The notes: a model not told the origin generated them from the sequence alone. A stretch of 64,000 bases of DNA from Thermostichus sp. DRC_bins_24 (GCA_039794845.1 JAUQVK010000084.1:14975-78974); one strand, 5' to 3'. Counted from the stretch's first letter, positions 29,017-39,699 are shown. Numbers and translations: made by a program.

Positions 29017-30063
29017 TTACTTCCAACCGGCCCGATCCATCACCATCAAAGCATCTGGCGTCACCCGGCCAATGCTGGCGGCGTTGATCGTATCTTCCTT
29101 AAAGCTACCAAAGCCCGCTACTATCGAATCCACCTCTGCTCCTGGCAAAACCGGGTATTCGTTGTTGCTTTGGGCAAAAATGGCTTGGGCTTCCGGCCCG
29201 GAGAGGAACTCGAGGAACTGGATGGCCGCTTCTTTGTTGGGAGCTGTTTTCAGAATACCGGCACCGCTAACATTGACGTGGGTGCCGCGATCCTCCTGGT
29301 TGGGGAAAAAGACCCCAATTTTTTCCGCCACCGCCCGATCCTCAGGATTGTCGGATTTGATCAAGCGGGGCAGATAATAGGTGTTGGCAAGGGCCACATC
29401 CCCCACCCCGGCAGCCACAGCCTTGATTTGGTCGGTATCCCCCCCTTCCGGTGGACGGGCAAAGTTGGCCACCAAGCCCCGTGCCCATTCTTCCGTTTCC
29501 GGGATCCCGTGGGCCAGGATGATCGAGGCGGTGAGGGATTGGCTGTAGACGTTGCTGGAGGAACGGGTGAGCACTTTACCCCGCCACTTCGGATCCGCCA
29601 AGGCCTCGTAGGTGGAGAGTTCGCCAGGATCCACCTTGTCCTTGTTGTACATGATCACCCGCGCCCGCTTGGTGAGGCCAAACCAGTACCCTTCCGGATC
29701 CCGCAAAGAGGCCGGAATGTTGCTGGATAAGGTGGCGGATTCAATCGGCTGGAACAACCCCTCGTTCTGGGCACGCCACAGTCGGGCAATATCCACCGTC
29801 ATAAACACATCGGCAGGGCTATTGGCGCCTTCGCTGCGGATGCGCTGATTGATCTCGTCGGCATTGCCCTGTACCCAGTTAACAGTGATGCCGGTTTTTT
29901 CTTTGAACAGATCGTACAGCTCTTCATCGGTACCGTAGTGACGGGAGGTGTAGAGGTTAACCTCCCGGTTAGCACCGTGGGCCGGGCGCAGGAAGGATCC
30001 CGCCGCCAAGGCTACAGAGCCTAAAGAGACTCCACTGACAAACTGTCGCCGCGATAAACGCAT
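29017..30063 (-). CDS. futA: Fe(III) ABC substrate-binding protein (FutA/IdiA)
   Basis: Tat signal SRRQF; VNLYTSRHY, GGDTDQIKAVAAG, ANTYY, NNEYP. Confidence 0.92.
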   Translation of the reverse strand: MRLSRRQFVSGVSLGSVALAAGSFLRPAHGANREVNLYTSRHYGTDEELYDLFKEKTGITVNWVQGNADEINQRIRSEGANSPADVFMTVDIARLWRAQNEGLFQPIESATLSSNIPASLRDPEGYWFGLTKRARVIMYNKDKVDPGELSTYEALADPKWRGKVLTRSSSNVYSQSLTASIILAHGIPETEEWARGLVANFARPPEGGDTDQIKAVAAGVGDVALANTYYLPRLIKSDNPEDRAVAEKIGVFFPNQEDRGTHVNVSGAGILKTAPNKEAAIQFLEFLSGPEAQAIFAQSNNEYPVLPGAEVDSIVAGFGSFKEDTINAASIGRVTPDALMVMDRAGWK

Positions 30064-30231
30064 ATGCAACCAACTCCTAAACTCAAAAAATCCTGAAAAA
30101 ACATCACCCCACCCCAGGCAGAGCCGGCAATGCCCCTCTCTGCTGAGAAAACACTCGAAAACCACACCTCTGAAGCAGAAGTGGTTACCCTGAATCTGAA
30201 GCCTACTGTCGGTTACTGTAGAACTCGCTTG

Positions 30232-30317
30232 TTGAGACTCATATTCAAGAACTTGTTTCTGGGGAACATGATAGGGGATCCCAGGTATTGGGTCAAGCTA
30301 TTAAGATCTATTCTCAT
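30232..30317. promoter_or_regulatory. two Fur-box-like palindromes upstream of futA
   Basis: TTGAGACTCATATTCAA (30232-30248) and TTAAGATCTATTCTCAT (30301-30317) resemble TGAnAAtnATTnTCA. Confidence 0.5.
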
Positions 30318-30365
30318 TTGTTAGCCATTGGACTCGAAAGAGCTGACTGAATCAAGACTGTTCGG

Positions 30366-30989
30366 TTAAGGGCAATCGAGGCTGGCAAACACCCGTTCAG
30401 CTTGGGATAGGGCATTGTTGCCGGTGGAGATGAGCAGAAACATGAGCAGGTCTTCTTGGTGCAAAACCGCTGATTGATAAACAACGCTGGGCACCGTTGT
30501 GGATCCCTCTTGGCTTTCTCCTTCCAGGATCAACAGCGAGATGGCCTGATCGCAAAGGCGGCGGGACTCACTGCGCTCGACGGTAATGTTCACATCCTCG
30601 GAACGGAACTCACTCACCCCTTCCCGAAAATTGGCCTCTAGCTCCTGGCGGTCGATCTCGTTCAGCACCTCTGCGCCGACGCGGCCCACCATCAGCACCA
30701 CCCCTTCGTTGCGGCTGGTTACCCCGGCAAAATCGATCGGGCCGAGGCTAAAGCTCACCACCCCCTGCGATCCCCCGGGAATTTGGTACTTGAGAATGGT
30801 TTGCGCCTTTTCTTCTACAGCCCCGGAGTCAAGGGTAAAGCCCGTAACTTCCCGCAACACCCGCGATAGATAGTAACCCGCTGCCACACAGGATCCAACC
30901 CCCAGCACCAGCAGCAGCCCACATCCCAACGCAACACCGCGCCAGGGAAAACCACCCATTGCACGAGGATCCGGTTGAGTGGAAGTCAT
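30366..30989 (-). CDS. hypothetical single-pass membrane protein
   Basis: GCGLLLVLGVGSC anchor followed by a soluble domain. Confidence 0.65.
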   Translation of the reverse strand: MTSTQPDPRAMGGFPWRGVALGCGLLLVLGVGSCVAAGYYLSRVLREVTGFTLDSGAVEEKAQTILKYQIPGGSQGVVSFSLGPIDFAGVTSRNEGVVLMVGRVGAEVLNEIDRQELEANFREGVSEFRSEDVNITVERSESRRLCDQAISLLILEGESQEGSTTVPSVVYQSAVLHQEDLLMFLLISTGNNALSQAERVFASLDCP

Positions 30990-31116
30990 GAGCAGTGCCC
31001 CAGCCAATGAGTGATATGAGTGTAGCAAGCTATCCCCGGCCAAAGGGGGTGATCTGCAGCACCTGCCAAAGTCCGAAGGGCTTCGGATATAACGGGGGCA
31101 GGGTAGATGACAGCGT

Positions 31117-33366
31117 ATGGCCCGTTCCCTGACTGACTTGCCCGGTGTGCAGCCGCAGGACAACGGCAGGGATCCCAACACGGCCATTCTTGTCTGTGGC
31201 TACAACGATTTGGTGGAGCTGACCTTACAAGCTCTGGAAGCCTTTGGACAACATGCTGTGGTGGTGGATCCGAACCCGTTGCCGGATCCGAAGAAGCACT
31301 GGCGACATCTACGAGGGGATCCCCGACAACCGGAGGTGCTGCGTCGGGCTGGGATCGAGCGGGTCAAAGGGGTATTGTTGCTGCAAGACAATGACCAAGC
31401 CAACTTTGAGCTGGCCCTGCTCATCCGGGATCTGAACCCGCAGGTGCGCATCATCTCGCGGTTGTTTAACCGCAGCATTGCCCACTATCTCGACTCGGTT
31501 TTGCCACAGCATTTCTCGTTGTCGATTGCCGCTTTGGCGGCCCCAGCCTTTGCCCTTAAGGCGGTTTCAGATGAATTTGTCGGCTACTTCGAGCTGCCCC
31601 AGTTAGAAGCTAAGCCGGCGATTCTCCCCCCGGAGCTGGCGGATCCCGGTTACCTGGGCCCTGTGCAAGAAACCACCCTCTGGAACGTGGTGGATCTGAC
31701 GATTGAGGACAACTCTCGCCTGTTGCACATGCCCCTCTCGGAGTTGGAGGAGACCTTTCGGGCCAGGGTGCTGTTTCACTACCCGGTGGATGGGCTGTCG
31801 GATTTCTCCGCCTATCGGGTTTTCGACGATTTCGACCACGAGGCGGAACTGATCGAAGGGGATCGCATTTTGGTGATTTGTGATCCGAAGGCCTACTTGC
31901 AACTGCTGGAGCGCAATGGCCGGCGCGGATCTTCACGGGCCCAACGCTGGGCCAGCGGGCAGGCAGAAGACAAACGACACCAACGGCAACATACGTCACT
32001 GCCGTGGGGATCCCTGTACGCCGGAGCCTGGCGCACCCTAGGGTCTCGGTTGCTCATGGGAGTACGAGGGCTATTGCAGGTGAAACCCATCGTGCGTACC
32101 CTCACCCTCACCTTGGGAGCGATGTTGGTGCTGGGGGTGATCAACTTCAGTTTCATCGGCAAATCCGTGATCGATGGGCTGCTGCTGACGATTGTGGTGC
32201 TGACGGGGGGCTACGGAGATATCGACGATTTTCAGCAGCCGGAAACGCCGCTGGCGGTAAAAGTGCTGGCGGTATTGATGACGTTGGTAGGGGCAGCCTT
32301 GGTGGGTTTGGTCTACGGTTTGGTTACCGATAAATTGGTGAGTAGCCGCTTTGGCTTGGGGCGGGCGGCACGCATGCCCAAACAGGACCATGTGGTGATC
32401 GCGGGTTTGGGGCGGCTGAGCTACCTGGTTCTGCAGTTGTTGCGGCAGATGGGCTATGAGGTGGTGCTCTTGGATCCCGATACCGACAACCCTCTGCTGG
32501 AGGCGGCGGAGCGGGAAGGGGCAGCGGTGATTCGTGGGGATTATGCCTTGGCGAGCACGCTGCAACAGGGCCACATCGAGGGGAGCCGCTGTCTGATCTG
32601 CACCACCCGCGACGATCTCACCAACCTCGAGACGGCTTTGACCGCCCACAGCCTACAACCCGGGATCCGCACCATTCTGCGGGTTGCCGATCCCGAGCTG
32701 GCGGATCGGATGCAGCGCCACATTCAAACCCTGGGGATCAGCTACAGTGCCACCGGATTGGTCGCACCGGCTTTTGCCACGGCAGCTTTGGTGGGATCCG
32801 TCTACGGTACTCTGGCTTGGGAGGGGGAAACCCTGTTGGTAACGCTGCTGGAGGTTTCTGCCCAGTCCCACTACCGGGGTCTCTCTCTGCGGCAACTGGC
32901 CCAAGATTACGACCTGGTGATTTTGCTGCATCATTCCCGACCGGGCAAACCTCGCATCTTTCCAAAACTGTGGCAGAAAGAGGGGGAGACCCTTTTGAAG
33001 GAGGGGGATCAACTCTACGTGATGGGGGCGGTGGGATCCCTGATTCGCTTGGCCCAACACCGGCCTTTCCCACCGGAGCTATACCAGGTGCGCCTTTTGG
33101 AGTGTCGCAACGCCTACTTTGAAGATGAGATCCTTGCGGCGCTATCCTTTTATGCTCGGCTGCCCAAAACCGTTCTCAAGCCGCTGCTGCGCCATCTTCC
33201 GGCTGTGGTGAGCCCGCCCATGCCCCGCGATAAAGCGATCAAACTGGCCCGGCAACTGCGCAAAATGAGTACCGAAGTGCAGGTCTTTGCTCAGGTGCAG
33301 TCCGTCCATGGGATCCCCGTGGCGATGGCCGAAACCCTCGGAGAGAAGGACCCACCCGCAGGCTGA
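31117..33366 (+). CDS. K+ channel protein with two TrkA-N/TrkA-C (RCK) modules
   Basis: ILVCGYN, pore LTGGYGD, VVIAGLGRL. Confidence 0.85.
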   Translation: MARSLTDLPGVQPQDNGRDPNTAILVCGYNDLVELTLQALEAFGQHAVVVDPNPLPDPKKHWRHLRGDPRQPEVLRRAGIERVKGVLLLQDNDQANFELALLIRDLNPQVRIISRLFNRSIAHYLDSVLPQHFSLSIAALAAPAFALKAVSDEFVGYFELPQLEAKPAILPPELADPGYLGPVQETTLWNVVDLTIEDNSRLLHMPLSELEETFRARVLFHYPVDGLSDFSAYRVFDDFDHEAELIEGDRILVICDPKAYLQLLERNGRRGSSRAQRWASGQAEDKRHQRQHTSLPWGSLYAGAWRTLGSRLLMGVRGLLQVKPIVRTLTLTLGAMLVLGVINFSFIGKSVIDGLLLTIVVLTGGYGDIDDFQQPETPLAVKVLAVLMTLVGAALVGLVYGLVTDKLVSSRFGLGRAARMPKQDHVVIAGLGRLSYLVLQLLRQMGYEVVLLDPDTDNPLLEAAEREGAAVIRGDYALASTLQQGHIEGSRCLICTTRDDLTNLETALTAHSLQPGIRTILRVADPELADRMQRHIQTLGISYSATGLVAPAFATAALVGSVYGTLAWEGETLLVTLLEVSAQSHYRGLSLRQLAQDYDLVILLHHSRPGKPRIFPKLWQKEGETLLKEGDQLYVMGAVGSLIRLAQHRPFPPELYQVRLLECRNAYFEDEILAALSFYARLPKTVLKPLLRHLPAVVSPPMPRDKAIKLARQLRKMSTEVQVFAQVQSVHGIPVAMAETLGEKDPPAG

Positions 33367-33423
33367 GGGATCCTTTGAAGGGTGGCCACGAAGTTGCGGG
33401 CCAAGGCAAGCTCTGGCCAATTT

Positions 33424-33466
33424 TGTATCAGAAGAAACAAAATGCCGGTGTCGGCCTTTCTAGGAT
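33424..33466 (+). promoter_or_regulatory. NtcA-activated promoter of glnA
   Basis: TGTA-N8-AACA (33424-33439), then 22 nt from the AAC to a TAGGAT -10 box (33461-33466). This is canonical class II NtcA spacing. Confidence 0.75.
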
Positions 33467-33708
33467 GAGTGAGCGTTTCTAGCCCCCTTGGGGTCAAAAC
33501 GCGGGGAGCATTCACCGGGATCCGATTCGCAGCAGTCCCAAGCGATGGTTCTCCTCGGGCGGATCCTCACCTGATCCCCCCTGTTGTTGGGTTGGAATGT
33601 TGCTGACAGAGGCGCACTGACGCAAACACAGGGGATCCCGATATAGGCTCACCCGAACCCACCGTTGTTCACCCCAGTCCTAACCGCAAATCCAATAAGG
33701 AGAGAGTA

Positions 33709-35133
33709 ATGGCATCCACGCCCCAAGAAGTGCTTCAGATGATCCAGGACAACAACGTCCAGATGGTGGATCTCAAGTTTGTGGATATCTTCGGCACCTG
33801 GCAGCACGTCTCCTTCCACACCTCGATGATCCAAGAATCAACCTTCAGTGAGGGGTTAGCCTTCGACGGATCCAGTATCCGGGGCTGGAAAGCGATCAAC
33901 GAATCCGACATGTATATGGTGCCGGATCCCAAGACCGCCTGGATCGATCCCTTCCTGGAGGTACCCACCCTCAGCCTCACCTGTAGCATTGTCGAGCCCC
34001 GCACCGGCCAGCTTTATTCCCGTTGCCCCCGCAGCTTGGCCACTCGTGCCGTGGCTTATTTGCAATCCACCGGCATTGCCGACACCGCCTATTTCGGTCC
34101 AGAGGCGGAATTTTTCATTTTTGAGGATGTCCGCTTCGATCAAACCCAAAACTCGGGCTACTACTTTGTTGACTCCATTGAAGGGCGGTGGAATTCCGGT
34201 CGGCAGGAAAACGGTGGCAACTTAGGCTACAAACCCCGCTACAAGGAGGGCTACTTCCCGGTTCCCCCTACCGACTCTCACCAGGACATTCGCACCGAGA
34301 TGTTGTTGACCATGGCCAAGCTGGGGGTGCCGATCGAGAAGCATCACCATGAAGTGGCTACCGGTGGTCAAGGGGAGTTGGGCTACCGCTTCGCCGATTT
34401 GATCTCGGCTGCCGACTACATGATGATTTACAAGTACGTGATCCGTAATGTGGCCCGCAAGCACGGCAAAACCGTCACCTTCATGCCCAAGCCTCTGTTT
34501 AACGACAACGGCACCGGCATGCACACCCACCAATCCCTCTGGAAAGACGGTCAGCCCCTTTTCTACAGCGAAGGCACCTATGCCAATCTGAGCGAAACCG
34601 CCCTGTACTACATCGGTGGCCTTCTCAAGCACGCCCCCGCCATTCTCGCCTTCACCAACCCCACCACCAACTCCTACAAGCGCTTGGTGCCTGGGTTTGA
34701 GGCTCCGGTGAACTTGGCTTACTCCCAGGGCAACCGTTCCGCTTCCATTCGCATCCCGGTGACCGGCACCAGCCCGAAAGCCAAGCGGCTGGAGTTCCGT
34801 TGTCCAGATGCCACCTGCAACCCCTACATTGCTTTCTCAGCCATGTTGATGGCAGGTTTGGACGGGATCAAGAACAAGATCCATCCCGGTGAGCCCCTCG
34901 ACAAAGACATCTACGATCTGGAGCCGGAAGATCTGGCCAAGATCCCCTCTACCCCCGGATCCCTGTTGGATGCCCTGGAAAGCCTGCAGAAGGATCATGC
35001 TTTCTTGCTGGAGGGGGGTGTCTTCACCGAAGACCTGATCGAAACCTACATTGAGTACAAAATCGACAACGAGATCAACCCCATCAACCTGCGGCCTCAT
35101 CCCTATGAGTTTGCCCTCTATTTCGATGCCTGA
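33709..35133 (+). CDS. glnA: glutamine synthetase type I
   Basis: [41 protein letters not shown]. Confidence 0.98.
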   Translation: MASTPQEVLQMIQDNNVQMVDLKFVDIFGTWQHVSFHTSMIQESTFSEGLAFDGSSIRGWKAINESDMYMVPDPKTAWIDPFLEVPTLSLTCSIVEPRTGQLYSRCPRSLATRAVAYLQSTGIADTAYFGPEAEFFIFEDVRFDQTQNSGYYFVDSIEGRWNSGRQENGGNLGYKPRYKEGYFPVPPTDSHQDIRTEMLLTMAKLGVPIEKHHHEVATGGQGELGYRFADLISAADYMMIYKYVIRNVARKHGKTVTFMPKPLFNDNGTGMHTHQSLWKDGQPLFYSEGTYANLSETALYYIGGLLKHAPAILAFTNPTTNSYKRLVPGFEAPVNLAYSQGNRSASIRIPVTGTSPKAKRLEFRCPDATCNPYIAFSAMLMAGLDGIKNKIHPGEPLDKDIYDLEPEDLAKIPSTPGSLLDALESLQKDHAFLLEGGVFTEDLIETYIEYKIDNEINPINLRPHPYEFALYFDA

Positions 35134-35175
35134 TCTCTGCGCCTCATTTGGCGGTTGAAGGTTGAGTGTTGTGCG

Positions 35176-35211
35176 GGATCCCTTCTCTGAACGGTGAGGG
35201 GATCCTTTTTT
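35176..35211 (+). terminator. intrinsic terminator after glnA
   Basis: GGATCCCTTC...GAGGGGATCC stem followed by T6. Confidence 0.7.
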
Positions 35212-35274
35212 GGGGCTTGCTTCTGGGTATTCTGGGGGTGGGGCTGAATTGGATTGGGCAGTGGGGGAAGGACG

Positions 35275-35934
35275 ATGGGTCCGTTTTGGCTATTTTTGAT
35301 CCTGTTTGTCGCGCTGGTTGCTGGGCTGATTGGCCTCAGCTTTTACCAGGAAAAGAAACGTCGTGAAGCCCTGGAGCAGCTGGCTGCGCAACTGGGCATG
35401 CAATTTGCTGCCCAAGGGAGCTTGCCGCAGGTGACCTCGGTCAATTTTGAGATTTTTCAGCGGGGTCGCGATCGCCGTTCCTCCAACTTTCTGAGCAAAC
35501 GGCTGATCGACGGCACTGAGATCACGCTATTCGATTACCAATACACCAGTGGCAGTGGCAAAAGTCGCAGCACCTACCGCATGACAATTTTTTCGGCTTA
35601 CCAAGAAGACTTGCACTTGCCCAGCTTTCGCCTGCACCCCGAAAATGCCTTTTTTCACGGCATTGCCAAAGCCTTTGGCATGAAAGATATCAACTTCGAG
35701 AGTCACCCAAAATTTTCTTGCCTCTACCTCTTGCGTGGTCAGGATGAAGACCAAATTCGCCTTCGCTTTCACCCCGGCGTTTTAACTTTTTTCGAGGAAA
35801 ACCCCAACTACATCGTTGAAGGAGCCGGCCCTCACCTGATTTTTTGGCGCAGTAACCAACGGGTGAATCCGGAAGGGATGGCCGCCTTTATGCGCCTGGG
35901 AGAAGAATTGGTTCAACGGCTGCGTCGACTATAG
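35275..35934 (+). CDS. hypothetical membrane-anchored protein
   Basis: N-terminal TM; FDYQYTSGSGKSR, DINFESHPKFS. Confidence 0.75.
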   Translation: MGPFWLFLILFVALVAGLIGLSFYQEKKRREALEQLAAQLGMQFAAQGSLPQVTSVNFEIFQRGRDRRSSNFLSKRLIDGTEITLFDYQYTSGSGKSRSTYRMTIFSAYQEDLHLPSFRLHPENAFFHGIAKAFGMKDINFESHPKFSCLYLLRGQDEDQIRLRFHPGVLTFFEENPNYIVEGAGPHLIFWRSNQRVNPEGMAAFMRLGEELVQRLRRL

Positions 35935-35977
35935 ATCTTCGGTTGAACCCCGGCCTAAGTCCTAAATTTGAGAGTCC

Positions 35978-36391
35978 ATGGTGGAGATACGAAAAGCAAC
36001 CTACGGCGATCTGGCAGCCCTCCACAGCTTTGACATTTTTGCCGGAGATCGTGCCCAAGAGATTCAACGGGGTGAATGCTTCGTTGCGGTTTTGCCTGAA
36101 GGCCTTGCCGGTTACGTGGTCTTTAACCATTCTTTTTATCTCAAGCCCTTCATCCAGTTCCTTTGTGTGGCGTCACCCTTTCGGCGGCAAGGGATCGCCA
36201 ATCGGCTGTTGGCCCACATAGAAGAGCTCTGTGATGGCGAGAAACTCTTCACCTCCACAGAAAGTGACAACCTACCCATGTTAAGACTGCTCAACCGCAG
36301 AGGCTATCGGGTTTCGGGTGTGATTGAGAATATTCAAACCCAAGCGGAAGTGGTGTTTTGCAAAACCTTGAAAACCCAATTCCTGCTCTAG
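35978..36391 (+). CDS. GNAT N-acetyltransferase
   Basis: V..PFRRQGIA acetyl-CoA motif; N..M..L. Confidence 0.85.
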   Translation: MVEIRKATYGDLAALHSFDIFAGDRAQEIQRGECFVAVLPEGLAGYVVFNHSFYLKPFIQFLCVASPFRRQGIANRLLAHIEELCDGEKLFTSTESDNLPMLRLLNRRGYRVSGVIENIQTQAEVVFCKTLKTQFLL

Positions 36392-36410
36392 CACAACTTT
36401 GTGAATCCCT

Positions 36411-36653
36411 CTACTGCGCACCCAGAGCCGCCAACAAATCATCCGCCAACAACACCGCCGTATAGGCCAAAATCTGGCGTTGCTCAGGGGGCAAATCGCC
36501 GATGGGGGTCTGGGGATTGCTGACGATGCCCTGTAGCACCATGCTGGCCACGTATTCGCGCTTGGAAACCCCGGGGCTGGAAATGGTGGGGTTGTCTAAG
36601 GAGAACTTCTGATGGTGCTCGAAGGGAAAGGCATATTCAGGGACGACCGGCAT
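36411..36653 (-). CDS. small conserved hypothetical protein
   Basis: GVSKREYVASMVLQGIVSN...AVLLADDLLAAL; GGAG RBS. Confidence 0.65.
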   Translation of the reverse strand: MPVVPEYAFPFEHHQKFSLDNPTISSPGVSKREYVASMVLQGIVSNPQTPIGDLPPEQRQILAYTAVLLADDLLAALGAQ

Positions 36654-36802
36654 CGCTCAACTCCAGGTTTGTGCTCTCCCCATTTTCCCATCTTGGGAAT
36701 TCCAGAGAGGCAAGGGCTGAAAAAGGGCACAACGGGTTATCGTATCAAGGGGATCCCTGTGTGGGGGGATGATCCGGGCTGCTCTCCCTTGGGAACATCG
36801 AT

Positions 36803-38629
36803 ATGCACCTGAGCGATTCTTTTCGGCGCACCAAAATTGTCGCGACCATCGGCCCTGCCAGCTTGGATCCGGTCGTTTTGCGGGAGATGATCCTGCAGGG
36901 GGCAACCACCCTTCGCCTCAACTTTTCCCATGGGGATCACGAGCTACACCGCCGCAGCATTCGCCTGATCCGCCAAACCTCCATGGATTTGGGCATTCAA
37001 GTTGCCATTCTGCAAGACCTACAAGGCCCCAAAATTCGCCTGGGCAAGTTCGCCAAAGGCCCGATCTCCCTCAAAGCCGGAGATCCCTTTGTGCTCACCA
37101 GCCAACCCATTGCCGGATCCCAGGAACGCAGTTGGGTTACCTACGACAAATTGGCCCAGGAGGTGCCGGAGGGAGCAACCATTCTCCTAGATGATGGGCG
37201 GGTGGAAATGCGGGTAGAAGCAGTGGATCCCGAGGCAGGAGAACTGTTCTGCCGCACCATTGTTGGCGGTACCCTCTCCGACAACAAAGGGGTTAATTTC
37301 CCGGGCGTGCGCCTTAGTATCCGGGCGGTCACCCAAAAAGACAAAGAAGACCTCTACTTTGGTCTTAACCAGGGGGTAGATTGGGTGGCCCTGAGCTTTG
37401 TGCGCGAGCCTTCCGATGTGTTGGAATTGCGGGAGCTGATGGCGGCAGCGGGCAAACGGATCCCGATTATCGTCAAGATCGAAAAGCACGAGGCGATCGA
37501 ACAGCTGCCCCAGATTTTGGCCCTCAGTGATGGCGTGATGGTGGCGCGCGGCGACTTGGGGGTGGAGCTACCGGCAGAAGAGGTGCCGATTTTGCAAAAG
37601 CGGATGATCGCCCTCTCCAACTGTTTGGGGATCCCGGTGATTACCGCCACCCAAATGCTCGACAGCATGGCCCATAGCCCCCGCCCCACCCGTGCCGAAA
37701 TATCCGATGTGGCCAATGCCATTTTGGATGGCACCGATGCTGTCATGCTCTCCAACGAGACCGCTGTGGGCAAATATCCCGTTGAGGCCGTGGCCACCAT
37801 GGCCCGCATCGCTGTGCGCACCGAACAGGATTACTTTGGCCCTACCTATACCGACCGACGCCAGCAAATTCGCACCCTGACCCTACAGGAGTTGAGTCAG
37901 CGCAATGGCAGCATTCCGGCCCGACACAGCCTGATCCCTGACTCTATTAGCCGTGCTGTGGGTGAGATTGCCCGGGAGCTGGATGCTGTTGCCATCATGA
38001 CCTTGACCAAAACCGGCGCCACCGCTCGCAATGTCTCCAAGTTTCGCCCGCGCACCCCGATTTTGGCCGTTACTCCCCACGTAGAGGTGGCACGGCGCAT
38101 GCAACTGGTTTGGGGGGTGCGCCCCCTGCTGGTGATGGATTTGGCCACGACTCGCCAGACCTTTCAAGCCGCCATCAGCTTGGCTCGGGAAGAAGGCTTA
38201 CTTAACAATGGTGATTTGGTGGTGCTCAGCGCCGGTACCCTGCCAGGGGTGGCGGGATCCACCGATCTGATCAAGGTAGATGTGGTGAAATCCGTGGTGG
38301 CTCGAGGCAAAGGTTTTGGCAAAGGCTCCGTCAGCGGCCCGGCTCGCATTATTCAGTCCAGCCTTGATTCCAACAAGCTCTCTTCTGGCGATATTTTGGT
38401 TGCACAGTCAACGGATGCCAGCTATGTGGAGGCAATCAAACAGGCGGCTGGAGTCATCACCGAAGAAGAAGGAGCCTCCTCGCATGCGGCGGTGATTGGT
38501 CTGCGGCTGGGGGTGCCGGTGCTGGTGGGAGTGAAAAACGCTACCCGCCTGATTCGGGATGGGGCCATCGTCACCCTGGATGCGGAAAAGGGCATCGTCA
38601 CTTCTGGCGCAGATGGCTTGGGGTTCTAA
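36803..38629 (+). CDS. pyk: pyruvate kinase with a C-terminal PEP-utilising swivel domain
   Basis: RRTKIVATIGPAS, RLNFSHG, MVARGDLGVE, SHAAVIG. Confidence 0.97.
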   Translation: MHLSDSFRRTKIVATIGPASLDPVVLREMILQGATTLRLNFSHGDHELHRRSIRLIRQTSMDLGIQVAILQDLQGPKIRLGKFAKGPISLKAGDPFVLTSQPIAGSQERSWVTYDKLAQEVPEGATILLDDGRVEMRVEAVDPEAGELFCRTIVGGTLSDNKGVNFPGVRLSIRAVTQKDKEDLYFGLNQGVDWVALSFVREPSDVLELRELMAAAGKRIPIIVKIEKHEAIEQLPQILALSDGVMVARGDLGVELPAEEVPILQKRMIALSNCLGIPVITATQMLDSMAHSPRPTRAEISDVANAILDGTDAVMLSNETAVGKYPVEAVATMARIAVRTEQDYFGPTYTDRRQQIRTLTLQELSQRNGSIPARHSLIPDSISRAVGEIARELDAVAIMTLTKTGATARNVSKFRPRTPILAVTPHVEVARRMQLVWGVRPLLVMDLATTRQTFQAAISLAREEGLLNNGDLVVLSAGTLPGVAGSTDLIKVDVVKSVVARGKGFGKGSVSGPARIIQSSLDSNKLSSGDILVAQSTDASYVEAIKQAAGVITEEEGASSHAAVIGLRLGVPVLVGVKNATRLIRDGAIVTLDAEKGIVTSGADGLGF

Positions 38630-38679
38630 AAACTGACACAGATCCAAGGGCAACTGCCCCACAACTGCAACCCCATACT

Positions 38680-38950
38680 TTGGGCCCTAGAGATCCATTT
38701 TTGGGAGGAGGTGCATTCGAGGATCCAGGGATGTACCTCTGGGTGCAACTGCCGGAATCCTTCCTGTCAGTTTCAGATGTAAAAGCTGGCCCGGCAGGCG
38801 ATGGGTGCCAATGTGTTGGTGTTAGAAGGATCTGTCTTTTTCCCCGATGGAGTAGGCTATCCAACCTTATGTCTCTCCTGTGCCAATGTTTTCCACGAGG
38901 TGAGCCAAGAGAAGTGACAAGAGTGGGATCCCCATTGAAAACCCTACGCC
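38680..38950 (+). pseudogene. C-terminal fragment of a PLP-dependent aminotransferase / MocR-type protein
   Basis: GMYLWVQLPE (38728), frameshift, then KLARQAMGANVLVLEGSVFFPDGVGYPTLCLS. Confidence 0.6.
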
Positions 38951-39110
38951 AGGTGCTCCTCTTCAAAGTTAGAATTCACGATCCGATGCTGATAGATTAA
39001 GTTCTTTGAAGAGAAGGGCAAAAGAACAGAAAAGCAATCCGAAATTCTGGGCTTATCCGGCAATCTTCGAGGTGAAATAGAAATGAGCATTTTCCGCAGG
39101 GGATCCGACC

Positions 39111-39656
39111 ATGATGGATGTAGCTCAACTGCTGGCCAAGTATCGAGAAGGAGAGCGGGAGTTCCCAATGGCTGACTTGCGCCGGGCGGATTTACAGGGT
39201 GCTGATCTGCGGGACATCAATCTGCATCGCGCCAATTTGTCGGGGGCAGACCTGAGCGGAGCCAACTTGAAGGGGGCCAATCTGCGGCGAGCCATCCTGA
39301 TCGAAGCCAAGTTGTTGGAAGCCGATCTCAGCCATGCCGACCTGCGGCGGGCCAGTCTCGACTATGCCCAGCTACAAAAAGCCAACCTCTCCAACACCAA
39401 CCTCATGTGGGCCACCCTCAACGAAGCGGATCTCAGCGAGGCGAATTTACAACACGGATCCCTGCAACGGGCAGTTCTCAAGCGGGCCAACCTCAGCCAT
39501 TGCCAATTGCAATCTGCGGATCTGATCAGCGCCGATTTGTCGGGGGCCAACCTGACGGCAGCCAACCTGATACGGGCCCACCTGAACCTGGCAGAACTGA
39601 GCCAAGCGACCTTTCAGAACACCACCATGCCCGATGGCAGCTTGCGCCTTGCGTAG
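39111..39656 (+). CDS. pentapeptide repeat protein
   Basis: A(D/N)Lxx repeats, TTMPDG terminus. Confidence 0.93.
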   Translation: MMDVAQLLAKYREGEREFPMADLRRADLQGADLRDINLHRANLSGADLSGANLKGANLRRAILIEAKLLEADLSHADLRRASLDYAQLQKANLSNTNLMWATLNEADLSEANLQHGSLQRAVLKRANLSHCQLQSADLISADLSGANLTAANLIRAHLNLAELSQATFQNTTMPDGSLRLA

Positions 39657-39699
39657 CAACATGGCAGCTTGCGCCTTGCGTAGCAACATGGCAGCTTGC
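39634..39699. repeat. 27-bp tandem repeat x2.4
   Basis: ATGGCAGCTTGCGCCTTGCGTAGCAAC. Confidence 0.9.
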
